A DNA stretch of 64,000 nucleotides from the NCBI GenBank assembly GCA_963775895.1, contig CAVZKL010000009.1, forward strand, positions 40,844 through 104,843, written 5' to 3'. The notes under the pieces are model-generated. The model was not told where the DNA came from. It was given only the letters and a program-made list of their open reading frames with translations, and made no database searches. The position numbers and the translations under genes were made by a program. The DNA comes from Candidatus Bathyarchaeota archaeon (GTDB taxonomy: Archaea; Thermoproteota; Bathyarchaeia; Bathyarchaeales; Bathycorpusculaceae). Shown in pieces: positions 41,009 to 50,974 of the stretch; position 1 is the stretch's first letter; each line of letters begins with the position of its first letter.

Positions 41009-41887
41009 ATGTTGAAGCTTGACCTAGTGATGTGGACTAAAAACGGTGAGATCACATTGCCAGCGGTCTTGGAGAGGATCAATAGTGTTGTGCCCTCAGA
41101 TGCGGTTAATCAACGCTTGATCGTGGATGACGCGAGCACTGACTCGACGAGAACTATTGCTGAGCGTTTCGGCTGGTTCGCTGTTTCAAATCAAGGTCAT
41201 GGGGTCAGTGATGGTGCAAACACCGCCTTGAAGCATGTTGAAACTGATTGCTTCGCAAGCTTCGAGCAAGACTTGTACCTCAGTAAGGACTGGTTTAACA
41301 AAATCGTCCCACGCGTCGCAGGCGGAAAGTACGCTGTCGCAAGTGGGATGAGGTTTGCGGATGCGCCAGTTCCGTTGAGGAAATTGGAGCAGTATGCTGC
41401 CAGAAAGTATAGAGGCGAAAGATATTTGAGTAGCTGGCTACGGAGAAGGGAACCAGTAAGCTTCAATTTTGGCAAAACCTTCGACAACACAGTTTACAAT
41501 ACGGAAGTACTCAAAGCTATCGGAGGCTTTCCCTCTGTCTTGAGAAACGCAGGTGTGGACACTGCATTGGCCTACAAGCTGAGAAGAATGGGCCTTGATT
41601 GGTATGTTGATTATAGCGTGCAGAGTCTCCATCTTCGCCATAATCTGCGACACGAACTAGAACATCAATTTTGGCATGGGCAACAGCAACGTGAAGTGTG
41701 GAAGGGTGTCGAAGCGTTTTCTGGCGACAGGATGCCCGTGAATGCTTGGAGCGTCATATTTCGGTTACTTATTTCGCCAGCAACAGGGCTTTTTGTCGCA
41801 TTAAAAATGGGTGACGCTAGAATAACCGTTGTCAATATTCTGACGAGATTTTACTTCACTTGGGGGTTTCTGCAAGGTAATGGTTAA
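41009..41887 (+). CDS. Glycosyltransferase family 2
   Basis: LIVDDASTDST motif; paralog of 43108-43995. Confidence 0.85.
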   Translation: MLKLDLVMWTKNGEITLPAVLERINSVVPSDAVNQRLIVDDASTDSTRTIAERFGWFAVSNQGHGVSDGANTALKHVETDCFASFEQDLYLSKDWFNKIVPRVAGGKYAVASGMRFADAPVPLRKLEQYAARKYRGERYLSSWLRRREPVSFNFGKTFDNTVYNTEVLKAIGGFPSVLRNAGVDTALAYKLRRMGLDWYVDYSVQSLHLRHNLRHELEHQFWHGQQQREVWKGVEAFSGDRMPVNAWSVIFRLLISPATGLFVALKMGDARITVVNILTRFYFTWGFLQGNG

Positions 41888-41901
41888 CTTTACGCGCGCG
41901 C

Positions 41902-42160
41902 TTATGAGGAACAACCAAAAGCAACACGCTTGCGTTTTTCAACACGTCTTTAAAGGCTTTGAGAGCTTTGATGGGGTTAACGATATGCTCCGCGCGCTCC
42001 CAAATGGTCTCTCTAGAGAAAATGCAGTTATCAAGACCTTCGACCATCCTATATACTGGCAAAATTGATCTCGCGGAAAAGATGGAGCTGGGACCACCAA
42101 TTTCCAACCGTTTTTCCCCTCAAAGTACGCTTTTGGGTATGCTTGAAGATTACGGCGCAT
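41902..42160 (-). pseudogene. SAM-dependent methyltransferase remnant, internally deleted and 3'-truncated
   Basis: EIGGPS...DNCIFSRETIWE|RA|EHIVNPIKALK..VLK...LLLVVPHK|; both breaks coincide with (CG)n runs. Confidence 0.6.
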
Positions 42161-42253
42161 AGGCGCACGCGCAACATAAACGAATGCGACTTCAAAACAC
42201 ACTTAAGCTTATATGCTGCAATATCCATCTCTCAACCTCTCCGGTGAGAAAGA

Positions 42254-43111
42254 ATGTCCAAAGAAACAGTACTCATCGTTGGACTAGGTGAAGTTGGACA
42301 CTCACTTTATGATCTTTTTAAAGAAAACGACAAGTTCGACGTGTATGGCCATGACATAGACGAAGAAACAACCAAAGCACTAACGGGAAAGACCGAGCTT
42401 TCATACGGCGTTGACGTGATGCACATATGCATTCCCTGCAGAAAACAGGACACATTCGTGCAAACCACGGTCGATTACATAAGAAAGGTCAAACCCAAAC
42501 TGACTATTATCGACAGCACCGTTCCTCCTGGGACAACAAAGAAGATCTACGAGCTTACGAAGGCTCCTATAGCCGATTCCCCGATACGAGGAATGCACAA
42601 AAACCTAGAAACAATGAAAAGAGACATCCGTTTCTGGACAAAATATGTCGGTGGCGCAACAGAACAATCAGCTGCCCAAGCCAAAAAGCACTTTGAGAAG
42701 CTCGGACTGAAAGTCAAGGTGCTGAAGAGTCCAGCTGAGACAGAACTGGCCAAACTTTTCGAGACAACCTACAGAGCGTGGATGATAGCTTGCTTCCAAG
42801 AAATGCACAGGATCTCGCGGCACTTCAACGCAGACTTCGACCAGGTTGTCGACATGTTAGAAGAAATTCATCGGATTGACTTCAATAAACCGTTACATTT
42901 TCCAGACGTGATAGGAGGACACTGCCTCATACCCAACACCGAACTGTTGCTCTCGGCTTATGATTCCAAGTTTCTGCGTTTGATTGTGGAATCTAATGAA
43001 AGACGCAAAGAAGAAATTAAGGACGCGAAAATACGAGAGGAAGTCGAGAAAGTCAAGAAAAGAGCCATAGCGCTTGAGAATGACCTTAAAGCCAAACACA
43101 AGCTGGACTAG
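42254..43111 (+). CDS. UDP-glucose/GDP-mannose dehydrogenase family protein (short form)
   Basis: IVGLGEVG, IIDSTVPPGTT, ETELAKLFE, IGGHCL motifs. Confidence 0.82.
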   Translation: MSKETVLIVGLGEVGHSLYDLFKENDKFDVYGHDIDEETTKALTGKTELSYGVDVMHICIPCRKQDTFVQTTVDYIRKVKPKLTIIDSTVPPGTTKKIYELTKAPIADSPIRGMHKNLETMKRDIRFWTKYVGGATEQSAAQAKKHFEKLGLKVKVLKSPAETELAKLFETTYRAWMIACFQEMHRISRHFNADFDQVVDMLEEIHRIDFNKPLHFPDVIGGHCLIPNTELLLSAYDSKFLRLIVESNERRKEEIKDAKIREEVEKVKKRAIALENDLKAKHKLD

Positions 43112-43995
43112 CCTCTCGGCGTTCTAGCTTGAAGCAATCCTCTCATGTAATAGAGCCGAATCAAAGGATGAATATACGTTATTGACGGCTCCTTCATTCT
43201 TACAGCCATGAAAAGACCCGTAAAGGGAGAGATGAGAAAACGATACACCACAGCCGATTTTGTAATGGGAGGGGGTTTATTCATCTTGTCCTCTATCCGC
43301 CTATTGATTTCGTATAGCTGTGTCGCATACCAATATTGATGGCTCAGCTCCTGCTGCAAACCCTGTCTGAGATGAACAGACTGAACAGAGTAATCCACAA
43401 CCCAACGATAACCACTCCGTGCGATCTCGTAAGCCAAAATCGTTTCAACACCCGCATTCACAGACAGCTTAGGAAAACCACCCAAAGCCCTAACAACTTT
43501 GGTCTTGTAAATTGTGTTGTCAAGAGTTTTCCCGAGAACAAAAGCTGACATTTGGCGAGTTCTCAACCAAGGAGCCATTTCTGATTCGCCGCGATACTTC
43601 TTGGCTACGTATTGCTGGAGTTTCCTCACGCCCCTCGGCTTGTCAGCAAAACGCATTCCACACGCTACAGCCACTTCGGGCACCTCAATTTGGGGTGCGA
43701 TCTTATCCCACCAGTCAGGAGCCAATAACAAATCTTGTTCAAAGCTTATGAAATAGTCTGTCGTAACTGAATGCAAAGCGGTGTTGGCACCATCGCTTAT
43801 GCCCTGTCCTTCATTGAAGATAACGTCCCAGTTGTGTGATTCTGCAATCTGCCTTGTTTTATCAGTGCTTCTATCGTCAACAATCAACTTTCTGTTAACA
43901 TATTCACTGGGTATCACATGATCTATTCGGTTCAGTACCAAGTCCAAGGTCTCAGAACCATTCTTGGTCCACATCACCAGATCGACCCTTTTCAA
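43108..43995 (-). CDS. Glycosyltransferase family 2
   Basis: LIVDDRSTDKT and SFEQD motifs. Confidence 0.85.
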   Translation of the reverse strand: MKRVDLVMWTKNGSETLDLVLNRIDHVIPSEYVNRKLIVDDRSTDKTRQIAESHNWDVIFNEGQGISDGANTALHSVTTDYFISFEQDLLLAPDWWDKIAPQIEVPEVAVACGMRFADKPRGVRKLQQYVAKKYRGESEMAPWLRTRQMSAFVLGKTLDNTIYKTKVVRALGGFPKLSVNAGVETILAYEIARSGYRWVVDYSVQSVHLRQGLQQELSHQYWYATQLYEINRRIEDKMNKPPPITKSAVVYRFLISPFTGLFMAVRMKEPSITYIHPLIRLYYMRGLLQARTPRG

Positions 43996-44212
43996 TATTA
44001 TCCCTGCTTTTGCACGTCAGCCCACAACTTAACTCCTCCAATCCAATAAGACTTCCGTGTTCTTTCAGCGAATCTCACGAGGAAGCGCTCGAGAAGCAAC
44101 CGATATGCGGTTTTCGAGGTGAAAACCATCAGACAGAAGAAAACCCTGCAAAAAGCTAAAACAAGGCACTGACATATATGAAAGCAATACGGATCAGGAA
44201 GGAACGGTGAGT

Positions 44213-45283
44213 ATGAAAGGCGTAATTTTGCACGGCGGTCATGGCACGAGACTGCGACCATTCACACATACTGGACCAAAACAGCTGATTCCTGTTGCAA
44301 ACAAACCGATTTCGCAATACGTTCTGGAGGATTTGCGAGACAGCGGAATCAAAGATATCGCCATAATACTGGGCGACGTGATGCCAGAAAAAGTGAGAAC
44401 TATTATGGTGACGGGAAAAAATTCGGCGTAAAAATCAAGTATATCAGTCAGCCGAAACCAGGGGGAATCGCCGAGGCAGTCGGTTTGACCGAAGATTATG
44501 TTGGCAGCGATCTTTTCATCGTGTACCTTGGAGATAATCTCCTTAAAGGTGGAATCGCCAAGTGCGTTCGAGAATTCAAAGAGAAAAAACATGATGCAAT
44601 GATATTGCTTAGCAGGGTAAAAGATCCTCAACAGTTCGGCGTGGCAGAATTTGACAAGAAAGGAAAAATTGTGAGGCTCATTGAAAAGCCGAAAAAACCA
44701 CCAAGCAACTACGCGCTTACTGGCATATACTTCCTTAGGCCAGTGATCTTCAAGATGATAAAGAAGTTGAAGCCTTCTCGGCGAGGAGAACTCGAGATTA
44801 CCGAAGCTCTACAAATGCTGCTTGACGAGGGCTACCAAGTTGGCCACCGTATCGTGGAAGGCTGGTGGAAAGACACTGGAACGATTGAAGACATAATCGA
44901 CGCCAACATTCTCGTACTCGATGAAATTGAAACTTCTATAAAAGGAACGGTTGAAGACACTTCGTGCATCCAAGGACGCGTCTCAATAGGAAACAGGATC
45001 GATCGTCAAAAAGGGAGCTCTAATCAGAGGACCGGCAATCGTGGGAGAAAATTCGACTATAGAAAGTGGCGTTTACATTGGACCGTACACGTCGATCGGC
45101 AACGATGTCCAGATCAAGAAGGGTGAAATAGAAAACTCGATAATAATGGACAACTGCACAGTATGCGTAAACTCGCGCATAATTGACAGCATGATAGGTT
45201 CAAACTCGGAAATAACAACTGATAGCAAGGGACCGAAGGGTCACAGGCTAATAATAGGCGAGAACTCGAGAATAGTGCTTTGA
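44213..45283 (+). CDS. rfbA: Glucose-1-phosphate thymidylyltransferase (long form), two frameshifts
   Basis: GGHGTRLRP..PKQLIPVANKP, YLGDN, EKP, RGELEITEA, WKDTG motifs and a hexapeptide-repeat C-terminus. Confidence 0.85.
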
Positions 45284-45284
45284 G

Positions 45285-45761
45285 ATGAGAAGCATGATAG
45301 AAGGTGTTATCACTAAACCGTTGAAAACGGTAGCCGATGAAAGAGGATGGCTCACAGAAGTACTCAGAAACGACTGGGAACACTTCAAAAAATTTGGACA
45401 AGTATACGTTACAGCAGCCTACCCTCAGGTGGTTAAAGCCTGGCATATGCACAAAAAACAGACGGACAACATGGCATGCATCAAGGGCATGGTAAAACTT
45501 GTGCTGTACGACGGTAGAAAGAAATCGAAGACCAAGAATGAAACGAACGAGCTGACAATCGGGGAGAGGAACCTGTTATTGGTTCACATCCCACCCGAGG
45601 TTTGGCACGGGTTCAAAACCATAAGCGAAGACTATGCACTAATCTTGAACGTGCCCACCGAACTTTACAATTACGAAAAACCAGACGAGCATAGGTTACC
45701 GCCAGACACAGACAAGATTCCGTACGAATGGAAACTCGCATCGTGGCTCAAGCACGGGTGA
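45285..45761 (+). CDS. rfbC: dTDP-4-dehydrorhamnose 3,5-epimerase family protein
   Basis: DERGWL, KAWHMH, IPPEVWHGFK motifs. Confidence 0.85.
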   Translation: MRSMIEGVITKPLKTVADERGWLTEVLRNDWEHFKKFGQVYVTAAYPQVVKAWHMHKKQTDNMACIKGMVKLVLYDGRKKSKTKNETNELTIGERNLLLVHIPPEVWHGFKTISEDYALILNVPTELYNYEKPDEHRLPPDTDKIPYEWKLASWLKHG

Positions 45762-45855
45762 ATTGATGACCTTTCTTTGAAATCATGATACTTTGGAAAA
45801 CAGTGTTTTTATACGAAGAATGAATTCTTCTGGTAAGATCAGTCGAGCGGAGAAA

Positions 45856-47349
45856 GTGTTGATCAAACTGAGAGTCGACGTCGACTATCCTTACCCATCA
45901 CGATTGAGAAGCTTCATTTGCACAGCTCTGGGAATAAAGGCCGGCGGAGACTACCTCAAGAATTCAAAGATACTCGCAAGAATGATCAACGAATCCTCCA
46001 AGGGAAGTCAAGGCTTATTGGTTCTTCACGCCTAAAACGATGCCTGACCAACAGCTCATGCGGTTGCTGAATGAAGAAAGACACGAAGTCGCCCTTCACA
46101 TCGCAAACAACCCCTACAAAGAGATGAACCTGCTTCAGAAGACGACCGGCAGAAAACTCGAGTACTACACCGTTCACGGAACAGCCCGCTTTCTCGCCAG
46201 AGCTGATGTGGAGACGTTGGACCTTCAAAGCCCCACAAATCCCTGATAGATTATCCGCTCATTTCATTTTACCAATTCCCGACATTTGGACTCGACGTCT
46301 ACTGCTTCAATCACAGCGAACGATCAGTCAAAGAAAATGGCTGCCGAACAGGTAAAAGAAGGAAAGATTCTCCACGTTCACCCGATATGGCTATTTCCAG
46401 CGCGGAAAAATGAACCATCGAGGACCCTACTACGAAACGCTACGTACAGTACTTGACGTAGACAACGACCTCAAAGCCCTAAACATAAACAAAAGAAAAT
46501 TCTTCAAAATTGCCAGAGACAGTTGGGAATACGATAGAGACAATCTTCCATCAGACGTGCTCATCGATAAACTAGGCGAAAGAGATGTTGACATTTACAC
46601 TTTTATCGAGAGGAAATGGAGCAGAACCCATTTCAAATCCGCCAAAACAGTGGAAAGGAACTAGCGACAACATTGCTTTCATCGAAGTAACAAACTACGA
46701 AGATTGGCTCCAGAAAATAGGCAAGAAAACTCGCAACATGATCCGGAAAGCCGAAAAAAGCGGGATAACAGTGAAAACTGTGGAGCCGGACGACAATTTC
46801 GCAGCAAGGCATCTGGAGAATATACAACGAAACGCCGATAAGACAAGAAAGAGGATTCCCTCACTATGGAGAATCATTGCGACAAGTGACTCGAGAACTT
46901 CGTTTAACACCAAACTGCACCTACATCGGAGCTTACCTGCAAGAAGGAACTGGTTGGCTTCATACAACTTGTTCATGGCGACAATCTGTCTCGAATATCT
47001 CAAATCCTCTCCATGCAGATCCACTGGGACAAAGCAGTTAACAACGCCTTGTTGGCAAAGGCAATTGAAGTGTGCGCTAACCAAAAAGGATCGATGGATA
47101 ATGTATGGAAGAATTGGAAATCACCCGTCACTGGACGAGTTCAAGAAGAACAATGGATTCTACAAGCTTGAATTGACGCGATTTTACGTTCCAATAACTC
47201 AGGCGAGGCAGAATGGGCAATCGGCACTGGGACTTCACAGGGAGTTGAAGGATTCGCTGCCGCAGTCGATGAAGTATCCTTTGATACCGCTCTACAATTG
47301 GGTCAGTAGAACCAAAATGAGGACGAGAATCTTCTTCAAGGAAAAATGA
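45856..47349 (+). CDS. Hypothetical protein(s): deacetylase-like N-part and FemAB/GNAT-like C-part, multiple frameshifts
   Basis: LRVDVDYP and HEVALH; GKKTRNMIRKAEKSG and SLDEFKKNNGF; fragmented across frames. Confidence 0.55.
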
Positions 47350-47458
47350 GCATTGTCCAAAGTGACTAGCCAGCAGTCTCACGCGAAGAAAGTCCATAAT
47401 CGAAGCAATATTAAATAATCTCACGCAAGTATGCTTTGAGCTAAAGCGGGGTAACCGC

Positions 47459-48970
47459 GTGACCACGAAGGACATTAGACTGCAATCGGGTTTCATAGTC
47501 TTTGCTGCCAAGATAAGCAGCGTCGCAACAGGGCTGGTTTTCCAGTTCATAGTTGCTCACGCATTAGTGCGCAGCCGTGAATACGACATTTGGTTCAACA
47601 TCAACGACTTAAACGCATACTTCGTACTTCTTGCGGGTGTGCTGCCATTCTGGGCGATGCGGTACGTAACCAGAGACAAGGAGGGATCGGTGAAGACGGG
47701 GATTTTTGCAAACCTCATGATTTCCGCAGTTGCCTCGGTCGTTTACGTACTCCTCATACCTTCTGTGATGTCAGCACTCCAAGTCAACATGCTTTATCTT
47801 CCAATATACTTGCTCATGGCGATTCAGATAGTCGAAATCCATTCCATAGCGATAATGGAGTCTTGTCTGCAAGCCAGAATCCCGCAGAATGTAGGTTACG
47901 GATTGCTCGTGCAGCAAATCACTAAAGTGATCGTTGGCATCGTGTTGATTGTCGGGTTCAAACAGTTACTTCTCGGAGCCGTGGTCGCGACAATAGTAGG
48001 CTACGCTATTCAGACTTTCTACTACGTCAAGACCTTTGCGGTGGAACTGAGGAAGAGACTGTGCATCGGATACATCGGAGAGTGGCTGAAAGGTTCGCTT
48101 GCAAACATCTACAATGTCATTGGCAATCAAATAGCCGCGTACATTTTCATAATGCTCTTCACGTACGTTGACAGCGCTAGGGGAATTTACGGAGCGGCAG
48201 CAACGATTGTTAACGTGATAACCTTCTCCTCTTACCTGTCTTTTGCCCTGTATCCGAAGCTCCTTGCTGAAAAGAAAATGGACGATGTGGCGAGTTCAAT
48301 GAAAATGGTATTGATGTTCGCCGTGCCATTGACGGTTGGCGCCGTCGCACTTGCAGACTCGTACATAACACTTCTGAGACCTGGAGCTGCTGGTGCAGGA
48401 CCCGTTCTCATGGTCTTGGCATTAGACTCTTTTGTAGTGGTGATATCCGGTTTCTACAGCTCAATTCTATACGGCGTTGAAACAGTCGACGAAGGATCAA
48501 AGCTCTCTCTTCGTCAACTCGTGAAGAGCCGATTGTTTATAGCCTTCTCACTTCCGTATCTTCACTCTGCCATCGCGCTTCCAACCGCCTATTACGTACT
48601 AACGAACTACGCACAGAAACAGCCTTTTCAAGCCGCGCTCTACGTGAGTATAATCAACGCTGTTGTCCGCTTTTTGATGTTCCTGATCCTAATTGTAGTC
48701 GTTCGCGGCATGGCAAAGATCCACATCCCCTGGAAGAGCATTTCAAAGTACGTTTTTGCCGCAGCGGTGATGGGCATAATTCTTTATGTCAGTCCCCACC
48801 CGACGACGGCTTCCTCGACACTTTTTGAAGCAGCAGTCACGCTCGTTGAAACAGGAATCGGAGGTCTCATCTACCTAGGCGTACTGATGGCCATAGACAA
48901 AGATGCTAGAAGATTGCCCCGCGAAATCATAAATGAATTCAGACAAAAGCAGACGGCGGCCGACAGTTAG
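47459..48970 (+). CDS. Polysaccharide flippase-like (MOP/Wzx) membrane protein
   Basis: About 14 TM helices, LYPKLL motif, located in the glycosylation cluster. Confidence 0.7.
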   Translation: MTTKDIRLQSGFIVFAAKISSVATGLVFQFIVAHALVRSREYDIWFNINDLNAYFVLLAGVLPFWAMRYVTRDKEGSVKTGIFANLMISAVASVVYVLLIPSVMSALQVNMLYLPIYLLMAIQIVEIHSIAIMESCLQARIPQNVGYGLLVQQITKVIVGIVLIVGFKQLLLGAVVATIVGYAIQTFYYVKTFAVELRKRLCIGYIGEWLKGSLANIYNVIGNQIAAYIFIMLFTYVDSARGIYGAAATIVNVITFSSYLSFALYPKLLAEKKMDDVASSMKMVLMFAVPLTVGAVALADSYITLLRPGAAGAGPVLMVLALDSFVVVISGFYSSILYGVETVDEGSKLSLRQLVKSRLFIAFSLPYLHSAIALPTAYYVLTNYAQKQPFQAALYVSIINAVVRFLMFLILIVVVRGMAKIHIPWKSISKYVFAAAVMGIILYVSPHPTTASSTLFEAAVTLVETGIGGLIYLGVLMAIDKDARRLPREIINEFRQKQTAADS

Positions 48971-49236
48971 AAAAGCAACCGCTTCAGAAGATTGTTCAGC
49001 TCTTCCTTGGTCTCTAGTCCTCTGAGGATCACTTTTCCGCTTCCGTAGAGCCTAAAAGAATAATTCTCGTACGCTAGCTCGGATACTATTCCGGCTATTG
49101 ACTTCTTCACTGTGGCTCTTTCCAGTATTTTCTTGATCACTTCATCCTTCTTCTCATACTTGAAGGTGACTATCACGTCCTTTTCTTTGCCACACGTCCC
49201 GTCGATTCTTGCCACATAATCTTCAACGCTGGTCAT
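48967..49236 (-). CDS. Hypothetical protein (last gene of the Fe-S operon)
   Basis: Overlapping start/stop with the SufS gene. Confidence 0.7.
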   Translation of the reverse strand: MTSVEDYVARIDGTCGKEKDVIVTFKYEKKDEVIKKILERATVKKSIAGIVSELAYENYSFRLYGSGKVILRGLETKEELNNLLKRLLF

Positions 49237-50477
49237 AGGGACTCGCCGATCTCCTTCAGGACTTCTGTGAACCTGTCTATTTCCTCAGTGGTGTTGTAAA
49301 TGTAGAAGCTCGCCCTTGCGGACGAACTCAATTTCAATAGTTCGTGGAGGGGTTGCGCACAGTGAAAACCGCTTCGAACCATTATTCCGTAATTGTCAAG
49401 GAAAAGGGCCACATCGTGGGAACTTAAACCCTTGATGCCGAAAGGAATTATCCCGCACTTTGCAGAGACTTCTTTTGTTCCGTAGACCTCCAGTTTGTCA
49501 CAACAGTCTAGCATCCGTGGCAACGCGTATTCGGTGAGCTTTTCTTCGTGTTTTTTCACGTTTTCCATACCCAAGCGTTTCAGGTACTTTACGGCTGCCA
49601 TCAGTCCGACAGCGCCTTCTACGTTGGGTGTTCCAGCTTCGAATTTCCATGGAAGAACGTTCCAAGTTATTGAGCAGTTCTTGGTCTTGGAGTCAATCGA
49701 GACTTCGCGTATCATCGCTCCTCCGCCTTGGAAAGGTTCCATTCCTTCCAACACGTTTCGCTTGCCGTACAGAACTCCGATACCCGTCGGCCCAAGCATC
49801 TTGTGGCCCGAAAACGCAAGAAAGTCTACGTCCAAGTCCTTGACGTTCACGGGCATGTGTGGGACTGACTGAGCCCCATCAACCAGCACCATTGCCTCGT
49901 GCTCATGTGCAATTTCAGCAATCTTTCTCACGTCATTCACTATTCCGGTGACGTTGGAGACGTGAGACACGCAAACCAGTTTCGTCTTTTTTGAGACAAG
50001 TTTTTCAAAGGAATCATAATTCAACGTTCCATCGGCGTTTATGTCGATGAATTTTATTCTGAACCCGGTAATCTTTGAGATTATTTCCCACGGGACTAGG
50101 TTGCTGTGATGTTCCATCAACGAAATGATTATTTCGTCGTTTTTGCCTAGGTTTCGAAGACCCCACGCGTACGCGACCAAGTTTATGGCTTCGGTTGTTC
50201 CCCTGACAAAGATTGTCTCTTCCATGCCTTTTGCGCCTATGAACTTGGCGATTTCTTCATGCGCACTTTCATAGAGCTCTGAGGCTTCTTGCGATAGCGT
50301 GTACACTGCGCGGTGCACGTTTGCGTTGTGTTTTCTGTAAAAGTCTTCGATTGCTTCGATCACTTGCCGGGGTTTCTGAGAGGTTGCCGCGTTGTCAAAG
50401 TAAATGAGTGGGTGATCGTTTACCTTACGCTTCAGAATAGGGAAGTCCTCTCGGATCTTGTAGGGATCGAACATCAT
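49233..50477 (-). CDS. sufS: SufS-type cysteine desulfurase
   Basis: YFDNAATSQKP, EHHSN, SGHKMLGPTG, RSGFHCAQP motifs. Confidence 0.92.
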   Translation of the reverse strand: MMFDPYKIREDFPILKRKVNDHPLIYFDNAATSQKPRQVIEAIEDFYRKHNANVHRAVYTLSQEASELYESAHEEIAKFIGAKGMEETIFVRGTTEAINLVAYAWGLRNLGKNDEIIISLMEHHSNLVPWEIISKITGFRIKFIDINADGTLNYDSFEKLVSKKTKLVCVSHVSNVTGIVNDVRKIAEIAHEHEAMVLVDGAQSVPHMPVNVKDLDVDFLAFSGHKMLGPTGIGVLYGKRNVLEGMEPFQGGGAMIREVSIDSKTKNCSITWNVLPWKFEAGTPNVEGAVGLMAAVKYLKRLGMENVKKHEEKLTEYALPRMLDCCDKLEVYGTKEVSAKCGIIPFGIKGLSSHDVALFLDNYGIMVRSGFHCAQPLHELLKLSSSARASFYIYNTTEEIDRFTEVLKEIGESL

Positions 50478-50974
50478 TTTCCTTCTGCTGCCTTCATTCT
50501 TTTCTCAAGCATCTTCGCAAGCTGTTCTTCTTCCAAAGCTTGTTTTTCCTCAAAACTCGGTTCTTTCTGTATCCAGTCAGGGGTTGAGCCTTTCAGGCTG
50601 AAATATTTTCTTATAGCTCTCTTCAGGGCACCTACGGCCAGTATGCCACAGTGAAACTTCACGCTCGGTAATCCACCGACGGCTTCTGCGACGCTCTTGT
50701 AGGAGACGTTCCAAGCCTCTGCGAGCTTCATACCTTTTATCATTTCAGTGACTATGCTGGACGTGGCAATGTTCGCTGCACAACCGTAGCTTTCGAAAGA
50801 TGCTTTCTCAATCACTTCTTTGTCATCGATCTTCAGGTAGAAAGTTATCATGTCACCGCACATCGGGTTTCCTGCAATGGCTGACACGCTAGCGTCTTCC
50901 ATTTTTCCAAGGTTTTTCGGGTTCTTAAACAATTCCAGTATTTTCGGGTTATAGGGTAATGGTGCACGTGACAT
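50474..50974 (-). CDS. iscU: Fe-S cluster assembly scaffold (IscU/NifU-N family)
   Basis: NPKNLG, GNPMCGD, YGCAA, KFHC motifs. Confidence 0.88.
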   Translation of the reverse strand: MSRAPLPYNPKILELFKNPKNLGKMEDASVSAIAGNPMCGDMITFYLKIDDKEVIEKASFESYGCAANIATSSIVTEMIKGMKLAEAWNVSYKSVAEAVGGLPSVKFHCGILAVGALKRAIRKYFSLKGSTPDWIQKEPSFEEKQALEEEQLAKMLEKRMKAAEGK

